Positions 1-9,444 of a DNA stretch of 64,000 bases are shown here, in pieces; positions within the stretch are counted from its first letter, which is position 1; each line of letters begins with the position of its first letter. The notes under the pieces were generated by a model. The model made no database searches, was not told where the DNA came from, and worked only from the letters and a program-made list of their open reading frames with translations. Source of the DNA: an uncultured Erysipelotrichaceae bacterium (GTDB lineage Bacteria > Bacillota_I > Bacilli_A > RFN20 > CAG-826); contig CACYSA010000003.1 in the NCBI GenBank assembly GCA_902777015.1, forward strand, positions 77,471 to 141,470. Direction: 5' to 3'. Made by a program: the position numbers and the translations under genes.

Positions 1-314
1 TCGAAATTTGTGTGCATGCTATAAACAGGTACGCCTAAGGCGTCTATTTCGTTTGAAAGTTGTTCTTTAAGCTTATCCCATTTAAAAACTTTAGCTTTAG
101 TGCCATAGATAAATGGATGATGAGTAATGATTAAATCTGGTTTATTTTCCTTTATTAAAGGAAGAACTTGATAATCGAAGTCTAAACATAGAACGATATT
201 GTGCACTTCTTCAGGTAATTTACCTGTCATTAGACCAACGTAGTCATGATAAAACTTTGCGTAGCGTTTGGGGAAGCGTTTTGAAAGCTTTAAAAGAAGT
301 TTCTTCGTGTTCAT
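1..314 (-). CDS. Nif3-family (YqfO-like) dinuclear metal-centre protein. N-terminal part only; the 3' end runs off the window.
   Basis: My own translation from the ATG at 314-312 gives MNTKKLLLKLSKRFPKRYAKFYHDYVGLMTGKLPEEVHNIVLCLDFDYQVLPLIKENKPDLIITHHPFIYG... It sits directly after trmK, as yqfN-yqfO does in Bacillus. Start and stop overlap with trmK as ATGA. Confidence 0.75.
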   Translation of the reverse strand, partial: MNTKKLLLKLSKRFPKRYAKFYHDYVGLMTGKLPEEVHNIVLCLDFDYQVLPLIKENKPDLIITHHPFIYGTKAKVFKWDKLKEQLSNEIDALGVPVYSMHTNF

Positions 315-973
315 ATGTATCTCTCCAATTTATGCTTTTCTTCGTTTAATTGAGCGATTCTTGGTTCAGGAAGATTGCCTTTAGCGATAATATTATCGAT
401 TTCATCGATACGACTTTGATATTTCTCTTTGAAAGTCGCACTCTTTTGATGTCTTAATACTGGGCCAAATTCTAAATCTTCATTTGTTAACGCCGCGATA
501 TCCGCTCTGATGAATTTAATGATTTCATAAAATATGCCGTCTTCTTTAACAATCTTTTCATCAGCGATCGCAAAGCCCATTTGTGATATTTCTTTTCTCA
601 CTAATGGGACAAATGTATGCGCGTCGATAATGATTGTTTGAAGAGAAACAAGTTTCTCTGGATGCGCTTTTAAAATATTGATGATAGTTTGCCCACCCAT
701 GCCGGCAATCACAATTGTGCCGACATCACGGGTGATATCTTTAATGCCATCACTAAATAAAGGAGTGATCTTATCGTTAACGTGGTAACGCATTAAATTA
801 CTACGTAATCTTTCAAAAGGTCCTTCTTTATTTTCCACAGCAAAGCCTTTTTTAACTTTGCCTGACTGCACTAAAGCAATCATTAATTTGCCATGGTCAC
901 TACCGATATCAGCAACAACTGATTCTGGGACCATGTCGTGGATTATTTTTAAGCGCTTAGAGAGTCTAATCAT
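311..973 (-). CDS. trmK: tRNA (adenine22-N1)-methyltransferase TrmK
   Basis: 220-aa ORF with the N-terminus RLSKRL..VADIGSDHGKL typical of TrmK/YqfN. Lies immediately downstream of sigA with a 1-nt overlap. Confidence 0.85.
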   Translation of the reverse strand: MIRLSKRLKIIHDMVPESVVADIGSDHGKLMIALVQSGKVKKGFAVENKEGPFERLRSNLMRYHVNDKITPLFSDGIKDITRDVGTIVIAGMGGQTIINILKAHPEKLVSLQTIIIDAHTFVPLVRKEISQMGFAIADEKIVKEDGIFYEIIKFIRADIAALTNEDLEFGPVLRHQKSATFKEKYQSRIDEIDNIIAKGNLPEPRIAQLNEEKHKLERYI

Positions 974-2277
974 TAAAGTTTTTCCTTGTAATCACCTAAT
1001 CTTTTTGAACGAGTTGGGTGTCTGAGCTTCTTAATGGCTTTAGCTTCAATTTGTCTAATTCTTTCACGAGTGACACCGAATTCACGGCCCACTTCTTCAA
1101 GAGTTCTTGGTCTATTGTCGTCTAAGCCATAACGAAGTCTGATAACTCTTTCTTCTCTATCGCTTAAATCTTTAAGGATGCTATAGAGTTCTTCTTTTAA
1201 GAGTTGTCTGGTGGTGAAATCCACTGGAGATTCACTTTCTTTATCTTCGATAAAATCGCCTAAATGGGAATCATCTTCTTCACCGATTGGTGTTTCTAAT
1301 GAGACTGGTTCCATAGCGATTCTTTGGATTTCACGAATACGTTTCGCGGACAATTCACCGTTCATCGCGTCAGAAATTTCTTCCGCAGTTGGTTCACGAC
1401 CATAGTCTTGGATGAGTTGTCTTTGAATACGTGTCATCTTATTGATGGTTTCAACCATGTGGACTGGAATACGGATTGTTCTAGCTTGGTCCGCGATTGC
1501 ACGGGTGATAGCTTGACGAATCCACCATGTCGCATAAGTTGAGAACTTATAACCTTTGGTGTAATCGAATTTATCAACGGCTTTCATTAAGCCAAGGTTA
1601 CCTTCTTGGATTAAATCCAAGAATAACATACCACGACCAACATAGTGTTTAGCGATATTGACGACTAAACGCAAGTTAGCGTTGATTAATGTCTGCTTGG
1701 CTTCTTCATCGCCTTCTAATATCTTCTTAGCTAAGATTGGTTCATCTTCCGCTTTAAGAAGATCATATTTACCTATTTCTTTAAGATACATCTTAACGGA
1801 GTCATTGATACGCACTTCACTGCCGAGGTAATCGATGTCGATATCTTCTTCGGCTTCGTTACCATCTTCTTCAGCGAAGAAATCATCATCTGGTTCTTCG
1901 TCAAGATTCATTTTGCTTTCATCAAAGTCTTCAAAGTCTTCATCTTCATCATCGTCATCAGTAATGACTTCGATGCCGTTTTCTTTAAAGAAATTGATTA
2001 AATCTGCAACAGTATCATCATCTAATTCAAATTGACTTAACGCGTCATAAATATCGCTTTGGTCAATAATGCCTGATGATTTAGCCTTTTTTAAAAGGCT
2101 TTTCTTAATTTCATCAATTGAGAGAATTTCACCATCTTCATCAACGATGCTTTTCATTGCTTTCTTTTTCTTCTCGAGTCTTGGTGCACTTGGTGCGCCT
2201 TCACTCACTTTTGGTCTACCGCGTTTCTTTGGTGCTTCCGCGACGACTTCTTCTTTTTCGATTTTCTTTTTTGCCAT
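973..2277 (-). CDS. rpoD: Primary RNA polymerase sigma factor (sigma-70/SigA)
   Basis: 434 aa with an acidic N-terminal region, region 2 ([24 protein letters not shown]) and region 4 ([20 protein letters not shown]). Confidence 0.97.
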   Translation of the reverse strand: MAKKKIEKEEVVAEAPKKRGRPKVSEGAPSAPRLEKKKKAMKSIVDEDGEILSIDEIKKSLLKKAKSSGIIDQSDIYDALSQFELDDDTVADLINFFKENGIEVITDDDDEDEDFEDFDESKMNLDEEPDDDFFAEEDGNEAEEDIDIDYLGSEVRINDSVKMYLKEIGKYDLLKAEDEPILAKKILEGDEEAKQTLINANLRLVVNIAKHYVGRGMLFLDLIQEGNLGLMKAVDKFDYTKGYKFSTYATWWIRQAITRAIADQARTIRIPVHMVETINKMTRIQRQLIQDYGREPTAEEISDAMNGELSAKRIREIQRIAMEPVSLETPIGEEDDSHLGDFIEDKESESPVDFTTRQLLKEELYSILKDLSDREERVIRLRYGLDDNRPRTLEEVGREFGVTRERIRQIEAKAIKKLRHPTRSKRLGDYKEKL

Positions 2278-2323
2278 AAATCAATGCCCCTTTCATTGCT
2301 TTATTGAAAATAAGTATATTTTC

Positions 2324-4130
2324 TTATCTCTTTTTGCGCAGCCTTCGACGGTTATAGTCAGAGATTATGCGCGCTTTCTCTTTTGGATCTTTGCCTTCTA
2401 AAGATTGCTCTAAAGTATCGTTTTCAAAGATCCTTTCTTTTTCGGAATCAATAACTTGCTGTAAGTTGTCTAGTAACTCTTGATTACAGACATCTGGATG
2501 ATTCCTTTCCAGGTATAATTCGGAAATCTTGTTAATTAAGATATCCTTTTCCGCTAATTCGCTTGTTTCTAAAGAAGTGATTAAGTCAACTGGGACAAAA
2601 TCTTTGTGTTCGTTAGCGTATTCGACGAGGTAATTAGCAATAATGCGATACGTTTCATCATAGAAACCACCGATTTTTTGCTCATAAAAGGCCACTGCTT
2701 CCGGATTTTGGAGCATTTGGTATAAAAGTTCACGCTCGGCGAATTCGAGCCTCCTAAGCACCTTTCTTTCAGGATTGTTCTGTCTAATGATTTCCTTAAA
2801 GTCTCTTTCCTTAGGTTTGCTTTTAGCGGTTTTAAGAATATTTCTAATCGCTTCAGGTGTATAACCAGTAATATCGGCTAGTTTATTTAAATAACTATCG
2901 AGTTCGAGCTGTGAACGAATGCCCAATAATACTGGAACAAACTCCTGAATAAGCTGTGTTTTTTGTTCAGAAGTCTGAAGCGGATTTGTATTCTTGTAAT
3001 AATTTAAGATGAAGTCCACTCTTGAGATGAGCTTATTCAAATAAGCATTAAGAGCGATTGGACCGTCTTGATTGAGTATTTCATCTGGGTCTTTTGTGCT
3101 GTTTTGATTATCGACAATGCGGACGTTTAAACCAGCATTAACCAATTCATTAGCCACTTTCATCGTGGCTTTTTGACCAGGAATGTCACCATCAAGGCAA
3201 AGCCTTATTTCAACATTAAGCATTCTTAATAAACGGATATGCTCTTCAGTTAAGGCTGTTCCCATTGTCGCGACGCATGATTCAATACCGATACGGTATA
3301 AGGCATAAACATCCATGAAACCTTCTAAAACGTAGATGTAACCAGCGATACGCGCTTTTTCTTTAGCATTGTTGAAGTTATATAGAAGGGTGGATTTATT
3401 AAATAAATAAGTTGCTGGAGAGTTGACATATTTAGCTTCTGGACCATCGCCAAGTCTTCTAGCAGAGATCTCCATTAGCGTCAATAATTGGGAATATCAC
3501 TCTACCAGCATTGCGGTCGGTGTATGTCCCTGTTGTCGAAGAAGCTAGACCGGCATCTTCGATGGTTTTTAAAGAATGGCCCTTCTCTTCAAGGAATCTA
3601 ATCGTGGCTTTGCCGTCTTTAAAAGCATAACCAAGAGCTTTGCCGTCTTTAAAAGCATAACCAAGAAGGAATTTGCTTCTAAGATCGGCATCAAGATGAC
3701 GGCTATTGAAATAGTCTAAGCCAGTTTTCCCTTCGGGAGAATTCAAAGCGTATTGATAATAAACGGTTAAATCATGAAGACATTTAACAAGTGGTCCTCT
3801 TTTTGGATCAACCACTTTTGTTTGATGGATATCATCTAATCTTGGATCATGATAATCGCAAATCTCTGCAACTTTTTTGACCGCCTCTTTAAAAGAGAGA
3901 TGTTCATATTTAATAACAAAACCAATCGCATTACCACTTGTGCCACACACGAAACATTTGAATATTTGAAGTTCGGGTGAGATGTGCATGGATGGGTTGG
4001 TATCATCATGGAATGGGCATTTGGCGAGATAGTCTTTGCCTTTTCTGATGACAGGTAAATACGCGGATATCACTTTTACGATATCAGCGTGCTTTAACAC
4101 ATCCTTTACTAAACTATCATCAAATGCCAT
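2324..4130 (-). pseudogene. dnaG: DNA primase dnaG split into two overlapping ORFs by a frameshift. It also carries an in-frame 30-bp duplication.
   Basis: ORF 3459-4130 holds the Zn finger (CPFHDDTNPSMHISPELQIFKCFVCG) and the start of the RNAP domain, and ends in TAG. ORF 2324-3484 continues in another frame with RRLGDGPEAKYVNSP, TOPRIM (EGFMDV, DGDIPGQKA) and the C-terminal domain. Confidence 0.85.
3607..3666. repeat. Perfect 30-bp tandem duplication inside dnaG
   Basis: gctttgccgtctttaaaagcataaccaaga occurs at 3607-3636 and again at 3637-3666. It encodes LGYAFKDGKA twice. Confidence 0.97.
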
Positions 4131-4176
4131 ATAATAAATTATACCTTTACTAATTTTCTACTAATAATCGACTTGA

Positions 4177-5550
4177 TTAGAAGAAGACTTTTTCTTCGAG
4201 CCAAGCCTTTAATTCACTGATTGGTAAACGAATTTGATTCATAGAATCACGTTCACGAATGGTCACCGCACCATCATTTTCAGTTTCAAAGTCAATGGTA
4301 ATGCAATATGGTGTACCAACTGCATCTTGACGGCGGTAACGTTTACCGATACTACCAGTTTCATCATAGATGACGTTGAAATATTTGGCTAAGTTTTGCT
4401 CGACTTCTCTAGCTTTAGCTTCAAGCTTTTTGCTTAAAGGCAAGATTGCGGCTTTAAAAGGCGCAACAGCAGGAGAAAGTCTCATAACGATACGTGTATC
4501 GTTGTCACCAACTGTTTCTTCATCATAAGCGTCACATAATGTCATTAAAACCAAACGGTCTAAACCAACGGATGGTTCAATACAATATGGGACATATTTT
4601 TCATTTGTTTCTGGATCTAAATAATCTAAAGCTTCACCACTATATTTGATGTGACGGTTTAAATCATAGTCAGTTCTATCGGCAATACCCCAGATTTCAC
4701 CCCAGCCAAATGGGAAGAGGTATTCGATATCTGTTGTGGCCTTACTATAGAAGGCTAATTCTTCTGGTTCGTGGTCTCTATAACGAAGGTTTTCTTTCTT
4801 AATTCCTAAGGAATCAACAAAGTTGAGACAGTATTGTTTCCAATAATCGAACCATTTAAGGTCATCACCTGGTTTGCAGAAGAATTCCATTTCCATTTGA
4901 TCGAATTCACGGGTACGGAATGTCATTTGTCCAGGAGTAATTTCGTTTCTAAATGCACGACCGACGTTACAAATGCCCATTGGTAATTTACGACGTGTCG
5001 CTCTTAAGACGTTTTTGAAGTTAACAAACATACCTTGAGCGGTTTCTGGTCTTAAATAGACTGTTGATTTGCTATCTTCAGTGACACCAACGTGTGTTTT
5101 AAACATCATGTTAAATTGACGAATATCAGTGAAGTTTTCACTACCACAGTTTGGACATTTAACGTGATTGTTTCTAATAAAATCCATCATTTGGTCATTG
5201 GCCATACCATTGACATCAGCTTCTGGAAATTCACTTTCGATCAATTGGTCCGCTCTGAAACGTTGCTTACAGTGTTTGCAGTCAATAAGTGGATCATTGA
5301 ATGTGGAGACGTGACCAGTTGCTTCCCAGACTTTTGGATTCATTAAGATGGCGGCGTCAATACCGACGTTTGTGGTACTTTCTTGAACGAACTTCTTCCA
5401 CCACATTCTACGAATGTTTTGTTTGATTTCGCTGCCTAAAGGACCATAATCCCATGTATTTGATAGGCCACCATAAATCTCTGAGCCTTGGAAATAATAA
5501 CCAGAGACGATGAAATGATTACATAATTTATCGAATTCAAATTTACTCAT
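4177..5550 (-). CDS. glyQS: Glycine--tRNA ligase (single-chain class II GlyQS)
   Basis: [32 protein letters not shown] moved the start to the ATG at 5550-5548, which is preceded by GGGGAG. The 21 upstream codons in the ORF track are unlikely to be translated. Confidence 0.95.
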   Translation of the reverse strand: MSKFEFDKLCNHFIVSGYYFQGSEIYGGLSNTWDYGPLGSEIKQNIRRMWWKKFVQESTTNVGIDAAILMNPKVWEATGHVSTFNDPLIDCKHCKQRFRADQLIESEFPEADVNGMANDQMMDFIRNNHVKCPNCGSENFTDIRQFNMMFKTHVGVTEDSKSTVYLRPETAQGMFVNFKNVLRATRRKLPMGICNVGRAFRNEITPGQMTFRTREFDQMEMEFFCKPGDDLKWFDYWKQYCLNFVDSLGIKKENLRYRDHEPEELAFYSKATTDIEYLFPFGWGEIWGIADRTDYDLNRHIKYSGEALDYLDPETNEKYVPYCIEPSVGLDRLVLMTLCDAYDEETVGDNDTRIVMRLSPAVAPFKAAILPLSKKLEAKAREVEQNLAKYFNVIYDETGSIGKRYRRQDAVGTPYCITIDFETENDGAVTIRERDSMNQIRLPISELKAWLEEKVFF

Positions 5551-5584
5551 AATACTCCCCTCAATAAATATACATGCAGGAAAA

Positions 5585-5613
5585 ATCCTACATTTTTGAT
5601 GAATTGTTGTCAA
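5585..5613 (-). promoter_or_regulatory. Candidate sigma-A promoter of glyQS
   Basis: Read on the minus strand: TTGACA (5613-5608), a 17-nt spacer, then TG-n-TAGGAT (-10 at 5590-5585). Confidence 0.5.
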
Positions 5614-5642
5614 CCTATTATAAGTGTTATTATGAGATGTGC

Positions 5643-6353
5643 TTATAAATTAAGCAAGCGTAAGTTCTTGAAATGATAACCAAAAGCTTCCTCGATAAAC
5701 TGAATGAATTTAATAAATAAAGTTTTGACATCATCTAATAAATAATCACTAGATTTGAGGTGATAATCTTCACTATTGACTACTTCTCGAAGTAGAAGCA
5801 TTTGGTTTGTATTTAAATCGTGAATTATTTCTTCATTAAAACAGTTTTGGCAGATAAATCCCCCATCAATGAAGGAGAAGGCCACTATTTTTCTTTTGCT
5901 ACCACATATTACACAGCGATTAACTTCAAGCTGGAAGCCACCTAAGCGGATGACCTGCGCCATGAAGACTAATAAAGTCATCATCCAGTCATTTGTGGTT
6001 TTGAGGTTTTCAAGCGCTTTTTCCAAGTATGGAAACATCATATTTCTTTCTTCTTCAGGGAAGAGATTAAGTAGCATTTCATCGATAAGCATTAATGAGG
6101 CTAAATATTCTGCATCCATGCCGATTTTTAAAGATGTTAATAGCGGTTTTGAACCTTTTAATATTGGGTATTTAAAGTCTCCATCCATTAGCTCAATGTC
6201 TGCAACTGTTAATATGTTATTAAGAGAGGCATTCTTGCTTTTAGGATCTTTGATGCCACGCGCTAAAAAGGTGATTGATTCATCTTCACTAATGGCATTA
6301 ACAATAGCGTCTTTTTCTTTATAAGCGCTAGTAGATAGAACAATAATCTTCAT
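5643..6353 (-). CDS. recO: DNA repair protein RecO
   Basis: 236 aa with an OB-fold N-terminus and the Zn motif CVICG...CQNC. Sits in the era-recO order. Confidence 0.85.
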   Translation of the reverse strand: MKIIVLSTSAYKEKDAIVNAISEDESITFLARGIKDPKSKNASLNNILTVADIELMDGDFKYPILKGSKPLLTSLKIGMDAEYLASLMLIDEMLLNLFPEEERNMMFPYLEKALENLKTTNDWMMTLLVFMAQVIRLGGFQLEVNRCVICGSKRKIVAFSFIDGGFICQNCFNEEIIHDLNTNQMLLLREVVNSEDYHLKSSDYLLDDVKTLFIKFIQFIEEAFGYHFKNLRLLNL

Positions 6354-7237
6354 TATTTTTCGAATTTATAGCCGTATTCCTTTAAGGAAGAAGCTTGATT
6401 TCTCCAGTCTTCGTCCACTTTCACTTTGAGTTCTAGGAAGACGTGTTGATTGAGCAATCTTTCAATACTACGACGGGCTTGAGTGCCAATTTCTTTAATT
6501 TTTTGACCGTTTTTACCAATAACAATGCCTTTTTGGCTATCTTTTTCAACGATGATAGAGGCTAAGATTGAAATTGGTTTTTTCTCCCAATCTATATGTT
6601 CCATATATATGGCGATTGAATGTGGCACTTCTTCACGAAGCTGTTTTAAGACCTTTTCACGGATGATTTCTTTAATTTGGAAGATTTCATCTTTATCAGT
6701 CACCATTTCAACTGGATAATAGGCTGGTCCTTCTTTTAAGAAAGATTTAACTTTGTTAACTAATTCATCAAGATTAAATCCTTCTTTAGCAACAGTATCA
6801 ACAAATGTTGCTTCTTTAAAATATGAACGATAAGTCTTTTTAAGTTCTTCAGTCTTATCGAGTCTAGCAAGATCAATTTTATTGAAGACGATAATTAATG
6901 GCACATTATGAATATCAAGATGTTCGATAATATAGGTGTCTCCTGCGCCGAAAGGCTTGGAAGCATCCACCACTAAGATGGCAACATCGACATCGTGAGC
7001 GGCGCTATAGGCCATATTGTTCATTTCTTGGCCTAATTGAGCGACTGGTTTATGAATTCCAGGTGTATCAAGAAAAACAATTTGAGCATCTGGATCGTTA
7101 TAAACACCGATAATATTATTTCTTGTTGTTTGTGATTTATCAGTAACAATTGAGATATGACGGCTAATTAAACCATTAATAATGGTTGATTTACCGACGT
7201 TAGGTCTACCTAGAATAGCAACAAAACCCGATTTCAT
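6353..7237 (-). CDS. era: GTPase Era
   Basis: GRPNVGKST, DTPG and NKID motifs plus a C-terminal KH domain. Confidence 0.96.
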   Translation of the reverse strand: MKSGFVAILGRPNVGKSTIINGLISRHISIVTDKSQTTRNNIIGVYNDPDAQIVFLDTPGIHKPVAQLGQEMNNMAYSAAHDVDVAILVVDASKPFGAGDTYIIEHLDIHNVPLIIVFNKIDLARLDKTEELKKTYRSYFKEATFVDTVAKEGFNLDELVNKVKSFLKEGPAYYPVEMVTDKDEIFQIKEIIREKVLKQLREEVPHSIAIYMEHIDWEKKPISILASIIVEKDSQKGIVIGKNGQKIKEIGTQARRSIERLLNQHVFLELKVKVDEDWRNQASSLKEYGYKFEK

Positions 7238-7638
7238 TATTTTAAATCGTCTCCTGAGAATGCAAATGGTAAGAGTTCTTCGATATTTGATGACTTGATA
7301 TCACCCTTAAGATTAGCGAGGACAATCTCCCCTTCTCTAGGGAATAATTCACTAATAACTTGTCTACATGCTCCGCATGGAGAACATGGTTCATCTGTAT
7401 CAGCGGCAATAGCTAACGAGATGAAATCGCTTTTCTTGTAGCCATTCATCATCGCGTTATAAAGCGCGTTTCTTTCAGCACACATACATAATGGATAAGA
7501 AGAGTTTTCGACGTTGGCGCCGAGGAATACTTTCCCATCTTTACAAAGTAAAGCGGCGCCAACCTTGAAATTGGAATAGGGGCTATAAGATAATTTTCTT
7601 GCTTCAATAGCTTTCGCTACTAATTCGTTTTTATTCAT
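7237..7638 (-). CDS. cdd: Cytidine deaminase
   Basis: CAERNA and PCGACRQ zinc motifs; 133 aa. Confidence 0.93.
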   Translation of the reverse strand: MNKNELVAKAIEARKLSYSPYSNFKVGAALLCKDGKVFLGANVENSSYPLCMCAERNALYNAMMNGYKKSDFISLAIAADTDEPCSPCGACRQVISELFPREGEIVLANLKGDIKSSNIEELLPFAFSGDDLK

Positions 7639-7648
7639 AAAGAGTACC

Positions 7649-8092
7649 TCACGCTAGGATTTCATCTTGCAAAGCAAACATGACTTTCTCATCATCTGGA
7701 TTCATATGATCATAGCCGAGTAGATGGAGGATGCCATGCACAAATAGGAACTTTAGTTCTCTATCTAAGCTATGACCATATGAAATGGCCTGTTCTCTAG
7801 CTTTATCAAAAGAGATATAGATTTCACCAAGGACCACCATTTCACCTGATTGAAAGATTCTATCTTTGTTTTCATTTCCGTCAAGGAACGCAAAGGAAAT
7901 GACATCAGTTGGTCGATCAATATGACGATAGTCTCTATTAAGATTATGGATAAATTCGTTGTCCACTAAAGTGACACTCACATAGGGATTGAAATGTAAC
8001 TTCAGATGTTTAAGCGTTTTATCGAGTAACTGTTCGTAAGTTTCTTGATAGGCGACTAATGATTCGTCAAATGAATTAAAATCGAGTTCCAT
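7649..8092 (-). CDS. ybeY: rRNA maturation endoribonuclease YbeY
   Basis: HGILHLLGYDH motif; 147 aa. Confidence 0.93.
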   Translation of the reverse strand: MELDFNSFDESLVAYQETYEQLLDKTLKHLKLHFNPYVSVTLVDNEFIHNLNRDYRHIDRPTDVISFAFLDGNENKDRIFQSGEMVVLGEIYISFDKAREQAISYGHSLDRELKFLFVHGILHLLGYDHMNPDDEKVMFALQDEILA

Positions 8093-8114
8093 GATGAAAT
8101 CATACCACGACTCT

Positions 8115-9326
8115 TTACTTTTTACTATTTATTTCATCTAGATGAACGACATTGTTGATTCTCGCCTTGCAAAGCAAGTTTGCCTCCATTCTCTTATCGT
8201 AGCCAAATAAAGGTGTCAGTGATTGATATAAAAGAATAGACAAGCACATATAGAAGATAACGTTACTGAGGGTAAATGTTCTTTCAGCAAGACTCACAGC
8301 TATACTTCCTAAAAGCATCACTGCCCCCACGACTGCTTTTTTCGCGAATTCTAAATAAGCATATCGATAACCTTTCACTTCCATACTTTTAACCTTCATT
8401 TCTACTTCATCAACGTCTCTTGATACTTTTAGGTCATTTTCTTCATCCGCCACTTCTTTTTCAATTTCGCTACTAAAGGGGGTGAACGAGAATATGTCCA
8501 AGTAGCTGCTGATTAAAGCGGCGATGATTAAAACGACATAATTGATCGAGTTAATCAATGAAACAGTAATGATTAAAATGGCTGTTAAGAGATTGAAGAC
8601 AAAACTTACTCCCATGCCTAGAGACGATTTCTTATATTCCTGCGCTCGGGAATAGAACTCGTAATAATCGTCTTTACGCACATATGGCAAGAATCTCCTG
8701 ATATATTTGTCGTAGCGTTGCATTCTTTTTAGTAAGATAAATCGCATGCAAATTTCACTTAGCAAAGCTAGAGCGGTAAAAATAATCGGAAAAAGAATAC
8801 CGCCTTCTGGCTTTATAAAGAATGTCGCTGCGGCTATACACCCCACGGTTATTATTTGAAATAACGAAGAGATGGCACTCATTTTTTTGTCGCTTGTGGA
8901 GATGGTTGGATTTGAGTAAGGATGGATGTTTGTAGTATTCACAGCGAGCAGAGTGCCATCCCATGAGGAGATAAGTCTATCTATTTTGAGCCAATATGTC
9001 CCTTTCGCGGGATCATGGATTTTAACACGGTTCCTTTTTCTTTGGCTCACTAAAAGGGCGTGCTCAGTCTCGTTTGGACCGATGACGGTTAAAATCACGG
9101 GAAATTTATCAAAATGCCTTAAATCGTCTTTTATTTCTATTTTTGCCCCATATAAGGTGACTCCATGACGTTGAGCGATTTCTAAAAGGTCTTGATATGA
9201 GTAATGCCCATGACTTTCATCTTCATTTAGATAAAGGTAGCCTTCATCTTTATGGACTATGGCAAGTAGCATTTTTAAACATGCGATGCCACAGCTCGAT
9301 TTAGTTAATTGAGGTATGTAGTTCAT
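8115..9326 (-). CDS. Peptidase-C39-like domain fused to a multi-pass membrane domain, with no ABC ATPase domain
   Basis: N-terminus QLTKSSCGIACLKMLL (catalytic-Cys context), later EHALLV...IHDPAKG (His/Asp context), then about 6 hydrophobic helices. The ORF ends 22 nt before ybeY, leaving no room for a nucleotide-binding domain. Confidence 0.6.
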   Translation of the reverse strand: MNYIPQLTKSSCGIACLKMLLAIVHKDEGYLYLNEDESHGHYSYQDLLEIAQRHGVTLYGAKIEIKDDLRHFDKFPVILTVIGPNETEHALLVSQRKRNRVKIHDPAKGTYWLKIDRLISSWDGTLLAVNTTNIHPYSNPTISTSDKKMSAISSLFQIITVGCIAAATFFIKPEGGILFPIIFTALALLSEICMRFILLKRMQRYDKYIRRFLPYVRKDDYYEFYSRAQEYKKSSLGMGVSFVFNLLTAILIITVSLINSINYVVLIIAALISSYLDIFSFTPFSSEIEKEVADEENDLKVSRDVDEVEMKVKSMEVKGYRYAYLEFAKKAVVGAVMLLGSIAVSLAERTFTLSNVIFYMCLSILLYQSLTPLFGYDKRMEANLLCKARINNVVHLDEINSKK

Positions 9327-9395
9327 TTTGTGCCTCCCATTATCTTTAGTAGGCGCAAAAATCCGAATTTGTCCGAAAAAAATGAAAAAAATTTT

Positions 9396-9426
9396 TGCAA
9401 AAAGAAAAAACCGGATAAATCCGGTT
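9396..9426 (-). terminator. Rho-independent terminator after the 1072-aa surface protein gene
   Basis: Minus-strand AAACCGGA-UUUA-UCCGGUUU followed by UUUCUUUUU. Confidence 0.8.
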
Positions 9427-9444
9427 TAATTTTTAAAATATTTT

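Noticed and set aside
1211-2401. ORF-track entries antisense to or out of frame with rpoD (1211-1405, 1324-1542, 1835-2035, 2069-2401). Similar shadow ORFs lie inside glyQS, recO, era, the LRR gene, dnaJ, dnaK, lepA, fmt, the A-T gene, alaS, ftsK, rnj, the flavoprotein genes, the lipoprotein genes and pnp.
   Set aside because: Each is fully embedded in a long ORF with clear family motifs. They show low-complexity or Ser/Leu/Phe-rich mirror composition, and no SD or promoter. They are typical antisense shadow ORFs of AT-rich genes.
5551-5613. N-terminal extensions in the ORF track for glyQS, hemW (21354-21446), the STAS gene (18926-18961), the yfcE-like gene (29228-29275), the lipoproteins (45684-45740, 60979-61002, 62958-63014), plsC, the OB-fold protein and DUF1667.
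   Set aside because: The internal ATGs coincide with family-typical N-termini or signal peptides and are preceded by SD-like sequences. The extensions overlap upstream genes or lack any RBS.
5551-5642. Looked for a T-box leader upstream of glyQS, which is common in Firmicutes.
   Set aside because: Only 92 nt separate glyQS from recO, and no GGUGGUACCGCG-like T-box sequence or specifier stem is present. A simple TTGACA-17-TGnTAGGAT promoter fits instead.
9368-9381. The 14-mer tttgtccgaaaaaa is shared between the C39-gene upstream region (9368-9381) and the greA-comEA spacer (36169-36182).
   Set aside because: Several exact 14-mer matches are expected by chance within 64 kb of AT-rich sequence on two strands, and there is no extended similarity around them.
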